Shown here: positions 47,885 to 57,680 of the stretch, piece after piece
Numbering within the stretch: position 1 is the first letter of the stretch
Layout of the letters: each line of letters begins with the position of its first letter
DNA from: an uncultured Pelagibacteraceae bacterium
GTDB taxonomy: Bacteria > Pseudomonadota > Alphaproteobacteria > Pelagibacterales > Pelagibacteraceae
DNA: 64,000 bases
Direction of reading: 5' to 3'
Assembly (NCBI GenBank): GCA_902587435.1
Contig: CACILF010000003.1
Coordinates: forward strand, 7,801-71,800
Notes under the pieces: generated by a model
Database searches by the model: none
What the model saw: the letters and a program-made list of their open reading frames with translations, nothing else
Told to the model about the DNA's origin: nothing
Made by a program: the position numbers and the translations under genes

Positions 47885-49067
47885 AAATATTATAATTTTT
47901 TCAATTATTTCGTCTTTCTTTTTAGTAAGTTTGGTTTCTATATGGAAAATACTAGTTACATTACAAGGTATAAAATTAGAAAACTTTAATTTTCAAATTA
48001 TTTTTTTACTTGGTTTTTTAGTTTCATTGGCCCATGTTATAATAGGAAATAAACTTAATTATATTTTAAAATTAATAATTTTTTCATTAATATTTATATT
48101 TATTGATGGTTATTTAATTCAGTCTATGCCCATTTGGTATAATATTGGAGTATTTTTAATTCTTTATTTTTTCATTAATAAAATTAAAAAGTTTAACAAC
48201 AAAATTTTGGAAGAAGAACATTCTACTCAAATAATAATTTTCGATTTTTTAACACTTTTTGGAATAGTACTATTTTCATTTGTAATTCTATTTCCATTTT
48301 ACATGATGGTAGTTACTAGCTTTAAAACACAAATTGCATTATTAGTTAACCCTTTGGACTTTAGTATAAATTTTGCTCAAGGATTTAAAGATTTATTCAA
48401 ATCATATTTTGTAATATTTAAATCTTACAAATTTGGAAAGTATATATTAACTAGTACTATTGTATCTCTTGGAACTGTATTCATCACACTAGTTTTTGCA
48501 ATTCCAGCTGCTTATGCTATTGCCAGATTAAATTTTTTTGGAAAAACATTTCTATCAACATCAATATTGATAATTTATATGTTCCCAGCAATTGTTTTAG
48601 TGATACCACTTTATACTGTTTTTAGTCAGTTGGGTTTGAGAAATTCCATTGAAGGATTATTAATTGTTTATACTGCTACCACTCTTCCTGTGGCTATATA
48701 TATGTTACAAGGATATTTCAAAAGTATCCCTAAAGAATTAGAAGAAGCAGCGATATTAGATAAATTAAGCTGGTTTGGAATTATAACTAAAATAATAATT
48801 CCACTTAGTATTCCGGCTATTTCATCAGTTGCTTTATACGTATTTATGATAGCCTGGAATGAATTCTTATTTTCTTTAATGTTTTTAGATAATCCAAATT
48901 CTTTTACACTTTCAAGGGCAATACAATATCTAAGTGGTGATGCTGAAACTCCTAGACAATATCTTATGGCAGGATCGGTAATAGTGACATTACCTGTTTT
49001 ATTTATTTTTGTTTACTTTGAAAAATATTTAGTAAGCGGATTAACAGCAGGAAGCGTGAAGGGCTAA
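47871..49067 (+). CDS. Sugar ABC permease (MalG-like) with extra N-terminal TM segments
   Basis: IPKELEEAA, AWNEFLF, GLTAGSVKG. Confidence 0.92.
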   Translation: MMKTKNIIIFSIISSFFLVSLVSIWKILVTLQGIKLENFNFQIIFLLGFLVSLAHVIIGNKLNYILKLIIFSLIFIFIDGYLIQSMPIWYNIGVFLILYFFINKIKKFNNKILEEEHSTQIIIFDFLTLFGIVLFSFVILFPFYMMVVTSFKTQIALLVNPLDFSINFAQGFKDLFKSYFVIFKSYKFGKYILTSTIVSLGTVFITLVFAIPAAYAIARLNFFGKTFLSTSILIIYMFPAIVLVIPLYTVFSQLGLRNSIEGLLIVYTATTLPVAIYMLQGYFKSIPKELEEAAILDKLSWFGIITKIIIPLSIPAISSVALYVFMIAWNEFLFSLMFLDNPNSFTLSRAIQYLSGDAETPRQYLMAGSVIVTLPVLFIFVYFEKYLVSGLTAGSVKG

Positions 49068-50329
49068 TGAGTGATTTAGTTGAGGTTGCTAAAAAAATTC
49101 TTCTAGAGAATAGAAGGGCTGGCTACACACTACCTACAAATAATAAGCTATATCCAGCTCAGTGGAATTGGGACTCAGCTTTTATATCGTTAGGTTATTC
49201 ATATTTTAATTTAGATTATGCAATTCAGGAATTGGAAACTCTTTTAAAGGGTCAATGGGATGATGGCATGGTACCACATATTTTATTTCATGAAGTTGAT
49301 GACAGCTATTTTCCAAACCACACGACATGGTCTTGTGGAAAAGAAATACCATCTTCTGGAATTACTCAACCACCAATAGCAGCATCAATCTTAAGAATAA
49401 TTGTTAAAAATAATTCATTAGATGAAACGCAAAATAAAAAAGTTTTTAATCTAGTTTGTAAATTAAAAAAATATCATGAATGGTTTTTTAAAAATAGAGA
49501 CCAAAATCAATCGGGCTTAATATCTATAATACACCCGTGGGAAAGTGGTTATGATAATTCTCCATTATGGGACTTTGCATTATCTAAAATAAATGTAGAT
49601 AAAAATTTATCATACGAAAGAAGAGATCTTAAAGTTTCAAAAAATGATGAAAGACCACTAAAAAAAGATTATGATTGCTATATAACTCTCTTAAATCAAT
49701 TTAAGTCAGACAATTATAATCCTAATAAACTTTTAAATAATTCTATGTTTAATATTATTGATATTGGTTTTAATTCAATTTTTCTTAAAGCGAATAAAGA
49801 TTTAATAGAACTATTAAAATTATTTAAATTAGATTATTTAGATTTAGAAGAAAAAATCAAAAAAACAGAAAGTAAAATATTTGATTTATATAATGAAAAA
49901 GAAAAAATGTTTTTTTCATTTGATTTAAAAAATAATGAGGAAATTAAAATACCCTCATTAACTAATTTCTTTATTTTATTTGCAGATTTGAACCATGATG
50001 ATGTGAATACAAAAATAATTAAAAATCTTGAAGATTTTAATGTAAATGAGAAGTATTTTTTTACTACAATAAAACCCGACCATCATTCATTCGAAGAGAA
50101 AAGATACTGGAGAGGCCCTGTATGGATTAATACTAATTGGATAATTTATAAATCTTTAATTAATAAAAATAGAAATTTCGCTGAAAAAGTAAAAAAACAA
50201 ACAATTAAATTAATTAATCAAAATAACTTTCATGAATATTACAGTTCTAAAACTGGTCTCCCTTTTGGTGCAAATAACTTTTCATGGTCTGCAGCACTTT
50301 ATTTAGATTTAATGTTGAGTAAAAATTAG
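49067..50329 (+). CDS. GH63 glycoside hydrolase, mannosyl/glucosylglycerate hydrolase-like
   Basis: YP.QW.WDS, GITQPP, HPWESG.DNSP.WD, YWRGPVWIN.NW, F.EYY, FSWSAA. Confidence 0.85.
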   Translation: MSDLVEVAKKILLENRRAGYTLPTNNKLYPAQWNWDSAFISLGYSYFNLDYAIQELETLLKGQWDDGMVPHILFHEVDDSYFPNHTTWSCGKEIPSSGITQPPIAASILRIIVKNNSLDETQNKKVFNLVCKLKKYHEWFFKNRDQNQSGLISIIHPWESGYDNSPLWDFALSKINVDKNLSYERRDLKVSKNDERPLKKDYDCYITLLNQFKSDNYNPNKLLNNSMFNIIDIGFNSIFLKANKDLIELLKLFKLDYLDLEEKIKKTESKIFDLYNEKEKMFFSFDLKNNEEIKIPSLTNFFILFADLNHDDVNTKIIKNLEDFNVNEKYFFTTIKPDHHSFEEKRYWRGPVWINTNWIIYKSLINKNRNFAEKVKKQTIKLINQNNFHEYYSSKTGLPFGANNFSWSAALYLDLMLSKN

Positions 50330-50335
50330 ATTAGG

Positions 50336-50388
50336 TTTGATAGGGGTGATAATGGGGGCCTGTTGGTTATTTTAAAACCCCTATCAAA
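50336..50388. other. G/C-rich hairpin with 29-nt loop, terminator or candidate sRNA
   Basis: TTTGATAGGGGT...ACCCCTATCAAA 12-bp perfect stem between convergent genes. Confidence 0.6.
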
Positions 50389-50397
50389 TTTTGTTAC

Positions 50398-50604
50398 TTA
50401 GCTTTTAAAAAGATTTAGAGCTTTAATAAGTAGTTCTTCAGATTTCGCATGGTCACCTTCTTCATGTGCTTTTTTACCAGCATCTCTCAATTCCATAGCT
50501 TGTTGAATTTTTTCATCTACTTTTCCAACTAGCTTAAGACAAGATCCAGCAAAAGCAGAACTTGAGAAAAGTATCAAAGTAAGTGTAATTAATAATTTTT
50601 TCAT
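50398..50604 (-). CDS. Small secreted helical protein with Cys/His residues
   Basis: Signal peptide ending AFA, then SC and G...H..GDH..S motif; GAGG RBS. Confidence 0.8.
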   Translation of the reverse strand: MKKLLITLTLILFSSSAFAGSCLKLVGKVDEKIQQAMELRDAGKKAHEEGDHAKSEELLIKALNLFKS

Positions 50605-50762
50605 ATTTTTCCTCTCACTTTAATTAAATAATATTAATAAAATAATTTTAAGATAATTTTTTGTCACAGTACAAATGTGTCAACTTGTTACACTTGTTTA
50701 AGTTGATAAAAATATTTTTATAACCATATACCCATTATGAATTACGTAACTAAACATTTAAT

Positions 50763-51197
50763 ATGAAAACTTTAAAAAATCTTACTGTTTTAATTATTCT
50801 ATTATTTTTTTCATCTAACTCGTTTGCAGCAGATGAAACTATAGAGATGCTAAACAAATTAGACAAGGAATCTATGGTTTATTCTAAAAAAATTGTAAGA
50901 ATAGACGTTGGAGATACTGTTTTTTGGAAGTCAACAAATCCAGGACACAATGTTGAGTTTATTAAAGGTGGAGTTCCCGAAGGTGTTGAAAAATTTAAAA
51001 CCAAGTTTAGCAAAGATGCTGAATATACTTTTACAGTTCCAGGAATATACGCATATTGGTGTACACCACATAAGAGCATGGGTATGATTGGGTTTGTGGT
51101 TGTTGGAAATGATAAATCTAATCTAGAAGATATTAAAAAAATCAAATATTACTCTAGATCAAAAAAAATAGCACCAGAATTAATAAATTCTCTGTAA
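50763..51197 (+). CDS. Pseudoazurin-like blue copper protein
   Basis: Signal peptide, GHNV and CTPH..MGM type-1 Cu ligands. Confidence 0.92.
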   Translation: MKTLKNLTVLIILLFFSSNSFAADETIEMLNKLDKESMVYSKKIVRIDVGDTVFWKSTNPGHNVEFIKGGVPEGVEKFKTKFSKDAEYTFTVPGIYAYWCTPHKSMGMIGFVVVGNDKSNLEDIKKIKYYSRSKKIAPELINSL

Positions 51198-51202
51198 ATA
51201 AC

Positions 51203-52489
51203 TTAATTTGAAAAACCGTATTTTCTAAGCCTTACATCGCCAGTTCTTGCGTGCGCTTCCATCCCTTCGTATCTTGAAATTCTTGCAGCTGCAGCACCAA
51301 CTTCTTTTGTAGATTCTTTTGTCATTCTTTGAAAACTTAATGTTTTAATAAATTTACCTACAAACAATCCACCTGTATACCTTCCGGCACCTTTAGTTGG
51401 AAGAATATGGTTTGTTCCTGAACATTTATCACCGTAAGCAACTGTTGTTTCTTCACCTATAAATAAAGATCCATAATTTTTTAATCTCTCATGAAACCAT
51501 TTCAAATTTTTTGTTTGAACTTCTAAATGCTCTGGTGCGTATTGATCACTAATTTTTGCCATTTCTTCATCAGTATTGCAAAGAATAACTTCGCCAAAGT
51601 CTCTCCAAGCATCACCAGCACTTTGTTTAGGTAGTTCTGGTAAATCTGCAATTAACTCAGGCACTCTTTTCATAACTTCTTCTGCTAATTTTTTACTAGT
51701 AGTAAACAACCAAGCAGGTGAATTATAACCATGTTCAGCTTGACCAACTAAATCAAATGCTACTATCTCAGGATCAGCTGTTTCATCAGCAATTACAGCA
51801 ATTTCTGTTGGACCAGCAAATAAATCAATTCCAACTTTTCCAAACAATATTCTTTTTGCTTCAGCAACAAATTGATTACCAGGTCCAACCAAAATATCTG
51901 CTGGTGCATTTCCAAATAATCCATTTGTCATAGCAGCGATTGCTTGAACTCCACCTAAATTCATAATTACATCTGCTCCACATAAATCAGCAGTATAAAT
52001 AATTGATGGGTGTACTCCAACATCAGGTTTTGGTGAACTACAAACTAAAATATTTTTAACCCCAGCAACTTTAGCTGTTGTAACACTCATTACAGCTGAA
52101 GCTATATGAGCATATCTTCCCGCAGGAACATAGCATCCTGCTGTATTAACAGGTATTAATTTTTGACCAGCATATAAACCTTCCGAAAGTTCAACTTCAA
52201 AATCTTGACCGTAGTTTTTTAATTGTGCTTCTGCAAATTTTCTAACTCTTTCGTGTGAAAACTGAATATCATCCTTTGTTTTTTGATCTAAATTTTTTTT
52301 TATTTCTTCTATTTTCTCTTTAGAAACTATGATTTCACCATCGTACTTATCAAATTTTTTTCCAAGTTCTTTACATCCTTCTTCTTTTTTTACTTCAATA
52401 TCTTTTAAAATATTTTCTACAATCTCTCTTGTTTTTGTGTCATCGGTAGACGATGTTTTTGGTGATTTTTTTAGATACATGATTGTCAT
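51203..52489 (-). CDS. hpsN: HisD paralogue, sulfopropanediol (DHPS) 3-dehydrogenase HpsN
   Basis: MTI.YLKK start, GCYVP.GRY.HIASA, GPGNQFVAEAKR, QAEHGYNSP, YGDK..GTNH, as in HpsN rather than HisD. Confidence 0.8.
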   Translation of the reverse strand: MTIMYLKKSPKTSSTDDTKTREIVENILKDIEVKKEEGCKELGKKFDKYDGEIIVSKEKIEEIKKNLDQKTKDDIQFSHERVRKFAEAQLKNYGQDFEVELSEGLYAGQKLIPVNTAGCYVPAGRYAHIASAVMSVTTAKVAGVKNILVCSSPKPDVGVHPSIIYTADLCGADVIMNLGGVQAIAAMTNGLFGNAPADILVGPGNQFVAEAKRILFGKVGIDLFAGPTEIAVIADETADPEIVAFDLVGQAEHGYNSPAWLFTTSKKLAEEVMKRVPELIADLPELPKQSAGDAWRDFGEVILCNTDEEMAKISDQYAPEHLEVQTKNLKWFHERLKNYGSLFIGEETTVAYGDKCSGTNHILPTKGAGRYTGGLFVGKFIKTLSFQRMTKESTKEVGAAAARISRYEGMEAHARTGDVRLRKYGFSN

Positions 52490-52514
52490 AATTTTTAAGC
52501 TTTTAAATCATTAA

Positions 52515-53426
52515 TTAATCTAATGCAACTACTGCCGCTGCCATAGAAGCTAATCTTGCTGGAGCTTCATCTGATCTGCTTGTTATAACAACTGGAACTT
52601 TTCCTCCAATAACTACACCTGCCGCGCAAGCACCCATGAAATATATCATCATTTTAACCAATCCATTTCCAGCTTCAACACTTGGAACTAATAAAACATC
52701 AGCTTGACCTGCAACTGCATTTTTAATTCCTTTAATGGCAGCTGATTTTTTTGAAATACTATTATCAAATGCAAGAGGTCCAAAAACATCTGCATTTAAA
52801 TTTTCTTTTTTTGCTAATTCAGTAATTTCTTTTGCATCTAGCGAACTTTGAACACTATCCAAGACTTCCTCTGTTGCTGATAATACGGCAACCTTGGGTC
52901 TTTCATTTCCAATTCTATTTGAAAAATTAATTACATTTTTTAGTATATGCATTTTTGTTTTAATATTCGGCATTACATTTAACGCTCCGTCGGTAATTAT
53001 TAAAGGCTTATCTTCTTTATCTAAAGTCATATGCCAAATGTGACTTAATCTAGTTTTACCTAATAAATTATATTCTCTTTTTAAAACTTCTTTCATGAGA
53101 ACATCTGTATGAATATGACCTTTAACAATTATTCTTATTTTATTTTCAGAGGCTAATTTTGCTGCAACTTTTGCAGTATTATTTTCTACAGGTTCATGAA
53201 TAATTTCAAATTTCGATATATTAAATTTCAAATTATCAGCACATTTTTGAATTTCATCTTTATCGCCTATAAAAATTGGTAAGATTAAATCTTCTTTAAC
53301 AGCATCCATAACAGACAACATTGGAAGAGGTTTTCCTGCATTAACTATTCCTGCTACCACACCTTTTTTTTTATGTGCAACGTTTAGAAGGTTATTTGGA
53401 CAGACTATTTCTTTATCTGAAAGCAT
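52515..53426 (-). CDS. Phosphate acetyl/butyryltransferase
   Basis: KG..HT, ITDGA.N..P, GPLAFDN, EAGN, TSRSD. Confidence 0.9.
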   Translation of the reverse strand: MLSDKEIVCPNNLLNVAHKKKGVVAGIVNAGKPLPMLSVMDAVKEDLILPIFIGDKDEIQKCADNLKFNISKFEIIHEPVENNTAKVAAKLASENKIRIIVKGHIHTDVLMKEVLKREYNLLGKTRLSHIWHMTLDKEDKPLIITDGALNVMPNIKTKMHILKNVINFSNRIGNERPKVAVLSATEEVLDSVQSSLDAKEITELAKKENLNADVFGPLAFDNSISKKSAAIKGIKNAVAGQADVLLVPSVEAGNGLVKMMIYFMGACAAGVVIGGKVPVVITSRSDEAPARLASMAAAVVALD

Positions 53427-53501
53427 TTTTTAGTTTTTTGTATATATAAATTTATTATAATTTATAGTAAAATAGATAAATTAGAAAACTATGTCGGAAC
53501 T

Positions 53502-54350
53502 ATGGAAATAGTAACAAAAATAGCGCCTATTGCACTAGCATTGATAATGCTTGGTCTTGGTTTGGGTTTGACAACTCAAGATTTTGTGAGAGTCTTAAAA
53601 CAACCAAAGGATTTTTTAGTTGGTTTTACATCTCAGCTCATTATTTTACCTATAGTTGCTTTCATATTAATAAAAATTCTAGGAACATCACCTGAAATTG
53701 CTTTAGGAGTAATGATAATAGCAGCTGCACCCGGTGGAATCACATCAAATGTTTTAACAAAATTTGCAAAAGGAGACGTAGCATTATCAGTTTCGTTAAC
53801 AGCAGTAATAAGCATTATTAGTATTATAGCAGTTCCACTGATTGTTTTTACTTCAGCAGACCTTTTGGGAGTTAGTTTTGCAAATGAAAATATTAACATA
53901 ACTGGAACAGCTTTAAAAATGGCGTTGGTAGTAGCAGTACCGGTAATTTTAGGAATGATTATTAGAAAATTTGCAGATAATTTTATTGGTTCGAAAACTT
54001 CTATTATTGATAAAATTACAGGTTTATTATTTTTAATTGTTTTTATTGCGATTTGGGTTGAAGAAAAAGACAATATTTTTAATTATTTGGCTCAAGCAGG
54101 ATTAGTAGTTTTAACTTTAAATATCGTAATGATGATTATTGCTTATTTTCTAGCAAAAACTTTTGCATCAGGAATAGAGCAAATAAAATGTATTTCACTT
54201 GAATGTGGACTCCAAAATGGAACTTTGGCAGTTTTTGTTGCTACAGAAATTTCAAGTGAAATTATTTATATGATTCCTACAGCTGCGTACGCATTAATAA
54301 TGTACTTAACCGGATTTATATTTATTTATTTTTTAAGAAACAAAGCTTAA
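53502..54350 (+). CDS. Bile acid:sodium symporter family transporter
   Basis: IMLGLGL.LT, APGG.TSN, GD.ALSV, ECGLQN. Confidence 0.9.
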   Translation: MEIVTKIAPIALALIMLGLGLGLTTQDFVRVLKQPKDFLVGFTSQLIILPIVAFILIKILGTSPEIALGVMIIAAAPGGITSNVLTKFAKGDVALSVSLTAVISIISIIAVPLIVFTSADLLGVSFANENINITGTALKMALVVAVPVILGMIIRKFADNFIGSKTSIIDKITGLLFLIVFIAIWVEEKDNIFNYLAQAGLVVLTLNIVMMIIAYFLAKTFASGIEQIKCISLECGLQNGTLAVFVATEISSEIIYMIPTAAYALIMYLTGFIFIYFLRNKA

Positions 54351-55342
54351 TTATTCCAAAAAGGACATTCGCTTTTTGCAAGAAGATATTTTTTTAAGCT
54401 GTCATTTAATTTTAATGTAGTTATGGACATTCCTGCCATCTCCATAGAAGTTGCATATCTTCCAACATAAGTTTTAATATTTTTTATTTTAGAGTTCGAA
54501 AGATTTTCATTAACTCTTTTAGAAACAATATATAGTTCTTCAAGCGGTGTAGCACCTAAACTATTTATCATAATTGTAATATTATCATCAGCAGTTAATT
54601 TGGAATCATCAATAATTCTTTTATATAAGTCATCAACTAAATCATTTGCTGGTCTTAATTTTTCTCTCTTTATTCCAGGCTCTCCATGTATTCCCATTCC
54701 TATTTCAATTTCATCATCACTAATTTCAAAAGTAGGTTTTCCTGCTTCAGGTAAAATACAAGGTGAAACAGCAACACCAAGGGTTCGAATATTATTATTA
54801 ACTTCTGTAGCTGTTTTAAAAACATCATCAAGTGATGCGCCAGTTTCAGCAATTGCTCCGGCAACTTTAAATACAAATATCATTCCAGCAATTCCTCTTC
54901 TTTTTTCTTTCTCAGCCTCACTTGCGCTTGCAATATCATCAGCAACAATCACTTTTTTTGTTTTAATTCCTTCAGCTTCCACCATTTCACAAGCCATTTC
55001 AAAATTCATTACATCGCCACCATAATTACCAATAACGCACAAAACTCCATTGCCATTATCTGCGTTTTTTATAGCTGAAACCATTTGATCTACCGATGGA
55101 GAAGCGAATACTGATCCGATAGCACAAGCATCTAAAAATCCTTTACCAACATATCCTGTAAATACTGGCAAATGTCCTGATCCACCACCAGTTACTATTC
55201 CAACTTTGTTTGAAGCTTTATTTGCTCTCATCACAACTCTGTTGTTATCTTTGGCTAAAGCATAAATGTCAGGGTGAGATTTAATAAGTCCATCAATTGA
55301 CTCTTCTACAAAATGGGCTGGATTGTTGATTATTTTTTTCAT
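54347..55342 (-). CDS. dhaK: Dihydroxyacetone kinase substrate-binding subunit
   Basis: MKKIIN, GGGSGH, NY.GD..NF, RRG.AG, GMGIHGEPG. Confidence 0.88.
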   Translation of the reverse strand: MKKIINNPAHFVEESIDGLIKSHPDIYALAKDNNRVVMRANKASNKVGIVTGGGSGHLPVFTGYVGKGFLDACAIGSVFASPSVDQMVSAIKNADNGNGVLCVIGNYGGDVMNFEMACEMVEAEGIKTKKVIVADDIASASEAEKEKRRGIAGMIFVFKVAGAIAETGASLDDVFKTATEVNNNIRTLGVAVSPCILPEAGKPTFEISDDEIEIGMGIHGEPGIKREKLRPANDLVDDLYKRIIDDSKLTADDNITIMINSLGATPLEELYIVSKRVNENLSNSKIKNIKTYVGRYATSMEMAGMSITTLKLNDSLKKYLLAKSECPFWNN

Positions 55343-55386
55343 AACTATTTTTATATTTTAAATTTAAAAATATATATACTAGTAAA

Positions 55387-56526
55387 ATGACAAAACCTTT
55401 TAAAGTAGAGATTTCAGAAGAAAGCCTCCAAAATATATATTCAAAGGTGAAGAACTACCAATGGCATGAGATGCCTGACGATGGAGGTTGGGATTACGGA
55501 ACAAACTTAGATTACATGAAAGAATTTGCAGATTATTGGGTTAATAAATTTAATTGGAGAAAAACAGAAGAAAAAATAAATAAATTTAATAATTTTAAAT
55601 TTAATATAGATGGAATTGATATTCATTTTATACACGAAAAAGGAAGTGGATCTAATCCAAAACCATTATTACTAAATCATGGTTGGCCTGGTTCTATAGT
55701 AGAATTTTTACATATTATCGATCAATTAGCTCATCCCGAAAAATATGGTGGAAAAGAAGAAGATGGGTTTGATATTGTTGTACCATCTTTACCAGGTTAT
55801 GGGTTTTCGGGACGTCCTTCCAGACCAATAGGCCCAAGAAAAATGGCAAAAATATTTAATTCGTTAATGACAAATGTTCTTGGTTATAAAAAATATATTT
55901 CGCAAGGAGGAGATTTTGGAGGAACAATATGTACGTGGTTAGCTTATGATTATCCAAATAATTTATTAGGAATTCATATTAATATTTTAATTACCCGTCA
56001 TCCAGATGGACCACAGACACCAGAAGAAAAAGAATGGCAAGAAAGATTTAACAAAGATCAAAGAATTGAAGATGGTTATAGAACCCAACAAGCCACAAAA
56101 CCTCAAACATTAAGCTATGCAATGATGGATAGTCCTGTTGGTGTTGCCGCATGGATAATTGAAAAAATGCGAGGCTGGTCAGATATAAAAAATGGAGATA
56201 TTGAAAGTGTTTATTCAAAAGATATTTTGCTATCAAACATCATGGTATATCTGGTAACTAAAACATTTAATACAGCATCTTGGATTTATTATGGAAGAAG
56301 AGAAGAGGGAGGAAGATTTCTTCCAAAAGATCATCTACCTTTAAAAATTCCAACTGCAATTGCAAAATTTCCAAAAGAATATTTAGAATGGGCTCCTAAA
56401 TCATATGTAGAAAGAATATATAATGTTCAACAATGGACAGAGATGTCTGCAGGAGGTCATTTTGCAGCTTTAGAGCAACCAGATTTATTAATTAAAGACA
56501 TTAGAAAGTTTGCAAAAAGTTTATGA
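55387..56526 (+). CDS. Epoxide hydrolase (EHN-type)
   Basis: HGWPGS, PSLPGYGFS, QGGDFG, GGHFAALE. Confidence 0.92.
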   Translation: MTKPFKVEISEESLQNIYSKVKNYQWHEMPDDGGWDYGTNLDYMKEFADYWVNKFNWRKTEEKINKFNNFKFNIDGIDIHFIHEKGSGSNPKPLLLNHGWPGSIVEFLHIIDQLAHPEKYGGKEEDGFDIVVPSLPGYGFSGRPSRPIGPRKMAKIFNSLMTNVLGYKKYISQGGDFGGTICTWLAYDYPNNLLGIHINILITRHPDGPQTPEEKEWQERFNKDQRIEDGYRTQQATKPQTLSYAMMDSPVGVAAWIIEKMRGWSDIKNGDIESVYSKDILLSNIMVYLVTKTFNTASWIYYGRREEGGRFLPKDHLPLKIPTAIAKFPKEYLEWAPKSYVERIYNVQQWTEMSAGGHFAALEQPDLLIKDIRKFAKSL

Positions 56527-57512
56527 TTTTGGAAGAATTTATAAAAAAATCACCAAAGGCCGAATTACATTTGCATATTGAAGGAACATTGGAACCTGAA
56601 CTCATGTTCTCTTTAGCAAAAAGAAATAATATTAAGATCCCTTTTAAAAACATAAATGATGTTAAAAAAGCTTATAATTTTAGTAATTTAGACTCTTTTT
56701 TAAAAATTTATTATGAAGGAGCCAAAGTACTAATAAAAGAACAGGATTTTTTCGATCTTACATGGGCTTACATATTAAAATGTAGAGAGGATAACATAGT
56801 ACATACTGAAATTTTTTTTGATCCACAAACTCATACAGATAGAGGAATTGATTTTGATACTGTTATAAATGGAATTTTTAATGCATTAAAAAAAGGTGAA
56901 AAACAATTTGGTTTGAGTTTTAAAATAATAATGTGTTTTTTGAGACATTTAAATGAAGATGAATGTTTTAAAATTTTAGATAAAGCTTTGGCACATAAAG
57001 ATAAGATTTTTGGTGTTGGATTAGATTCATCAGAGGCAGGTAATCCCCCCAAAAAATTTAAAAATTTATTTAAAAAAGCTATAGAAAATGAATTTATAAC
57101 AGTCGCCCACGCAGGCGAAGAGGGGCCACCAGAATATATTTGGGAAGCCCTAAATTTTTTAAATGTTCATCGAATTGACCATGGAGTTCAATGTCTTAAG
57201 GATGATAAATTAGTTAGAATGTTGTCAGAAAGCCAAATTCCTTTAACAGTTTGCCCACTTTCAAATATAAAGTTAAAAGTATTCAACAAACTAGAAGAAC
57301 ATAACTTAAAAAAAATGTTAGACAAAAAACTAATGGTTATGGTGAATTCAGATGATCCTGCTTATTTTGGTGGTTATTTAAATAAAAATTTAATTGAAAC
57401 ACAAGCTGCTTTGAATCTTTCTTATGAAGAGGTAAAAACACTGCTTGTTAATTCGTTTAAATCCTCCTTTTTAAAAGATAAAGAAAAGAAAAAATGGATT
57501 TCTAAAATCTAA
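56523..57512 (+). CDS. add: Adenine/adenosine deaminase
   Basis: PKAELHLHIEG, AHAGEE, RIDHG, NSDDP. Confidence 0.92.
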   Translation: MILEEFIKKSPKAELHLHIEGTLEPELMFSLAKRNNIKIPFKNINDVKKAYNFSNLDSFLKIYYEGAKVLIKEQDFFDLTWAYILKCREDNIVHTEIFFDPQTHTDRGIDFDTVINGIFNALKKGEKQFGLSFKIIMCFLRHLNEDECFKILDKALAHKDKIFGVGLDSSEAGNPPKKFKNLFKKAIENEFITVAHAGEEGPPEYIWEALNFLNVHRIDHGVQCLKDDKLVRMLSESQIPLTVCPLSNIKLKVFNKLEEHNLKKMLDKKLMVMVNSDDPAYFGGYLNKNLIETQAALNLSYEEVKTLLVNSFKSSFLKDKEKKKWISKI

Positions 57513-57542
57513 AATGTTATTAAAAAAATTGAAAATATTTAA

Positions 57543-57680
57543 ATGCAAAAAATAATTTTTATTACAATATCTCTACTAATTATTGGTTATGTAATTTATA
57601 TGGGAGTTACAGCAGTGATTAGAGGAAAAAAATATAAAGAAGAAAATCAAAAAGAAGAAAATAAAGACGAAAATAAATGA
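57543..57680 (+). CDS. Uncalled 45-aa single-TM protein
   Basis: MQKIIFITISLLIIGYVIYMGVTAVIRGKKYKEENQKEENKDENK; ATGA overlap with next gene. Confidence 0.7.
   Translation: MQKIIFITISLLIIGYVIYMGVTAVIRGKKYKEENQKEENKDENK

Noticed and set aside
51203-52489. Histidinol dehydrogenase hisD
   Set aside because: Motifs fit the HpsN paralogue and no his genes are adjacent.
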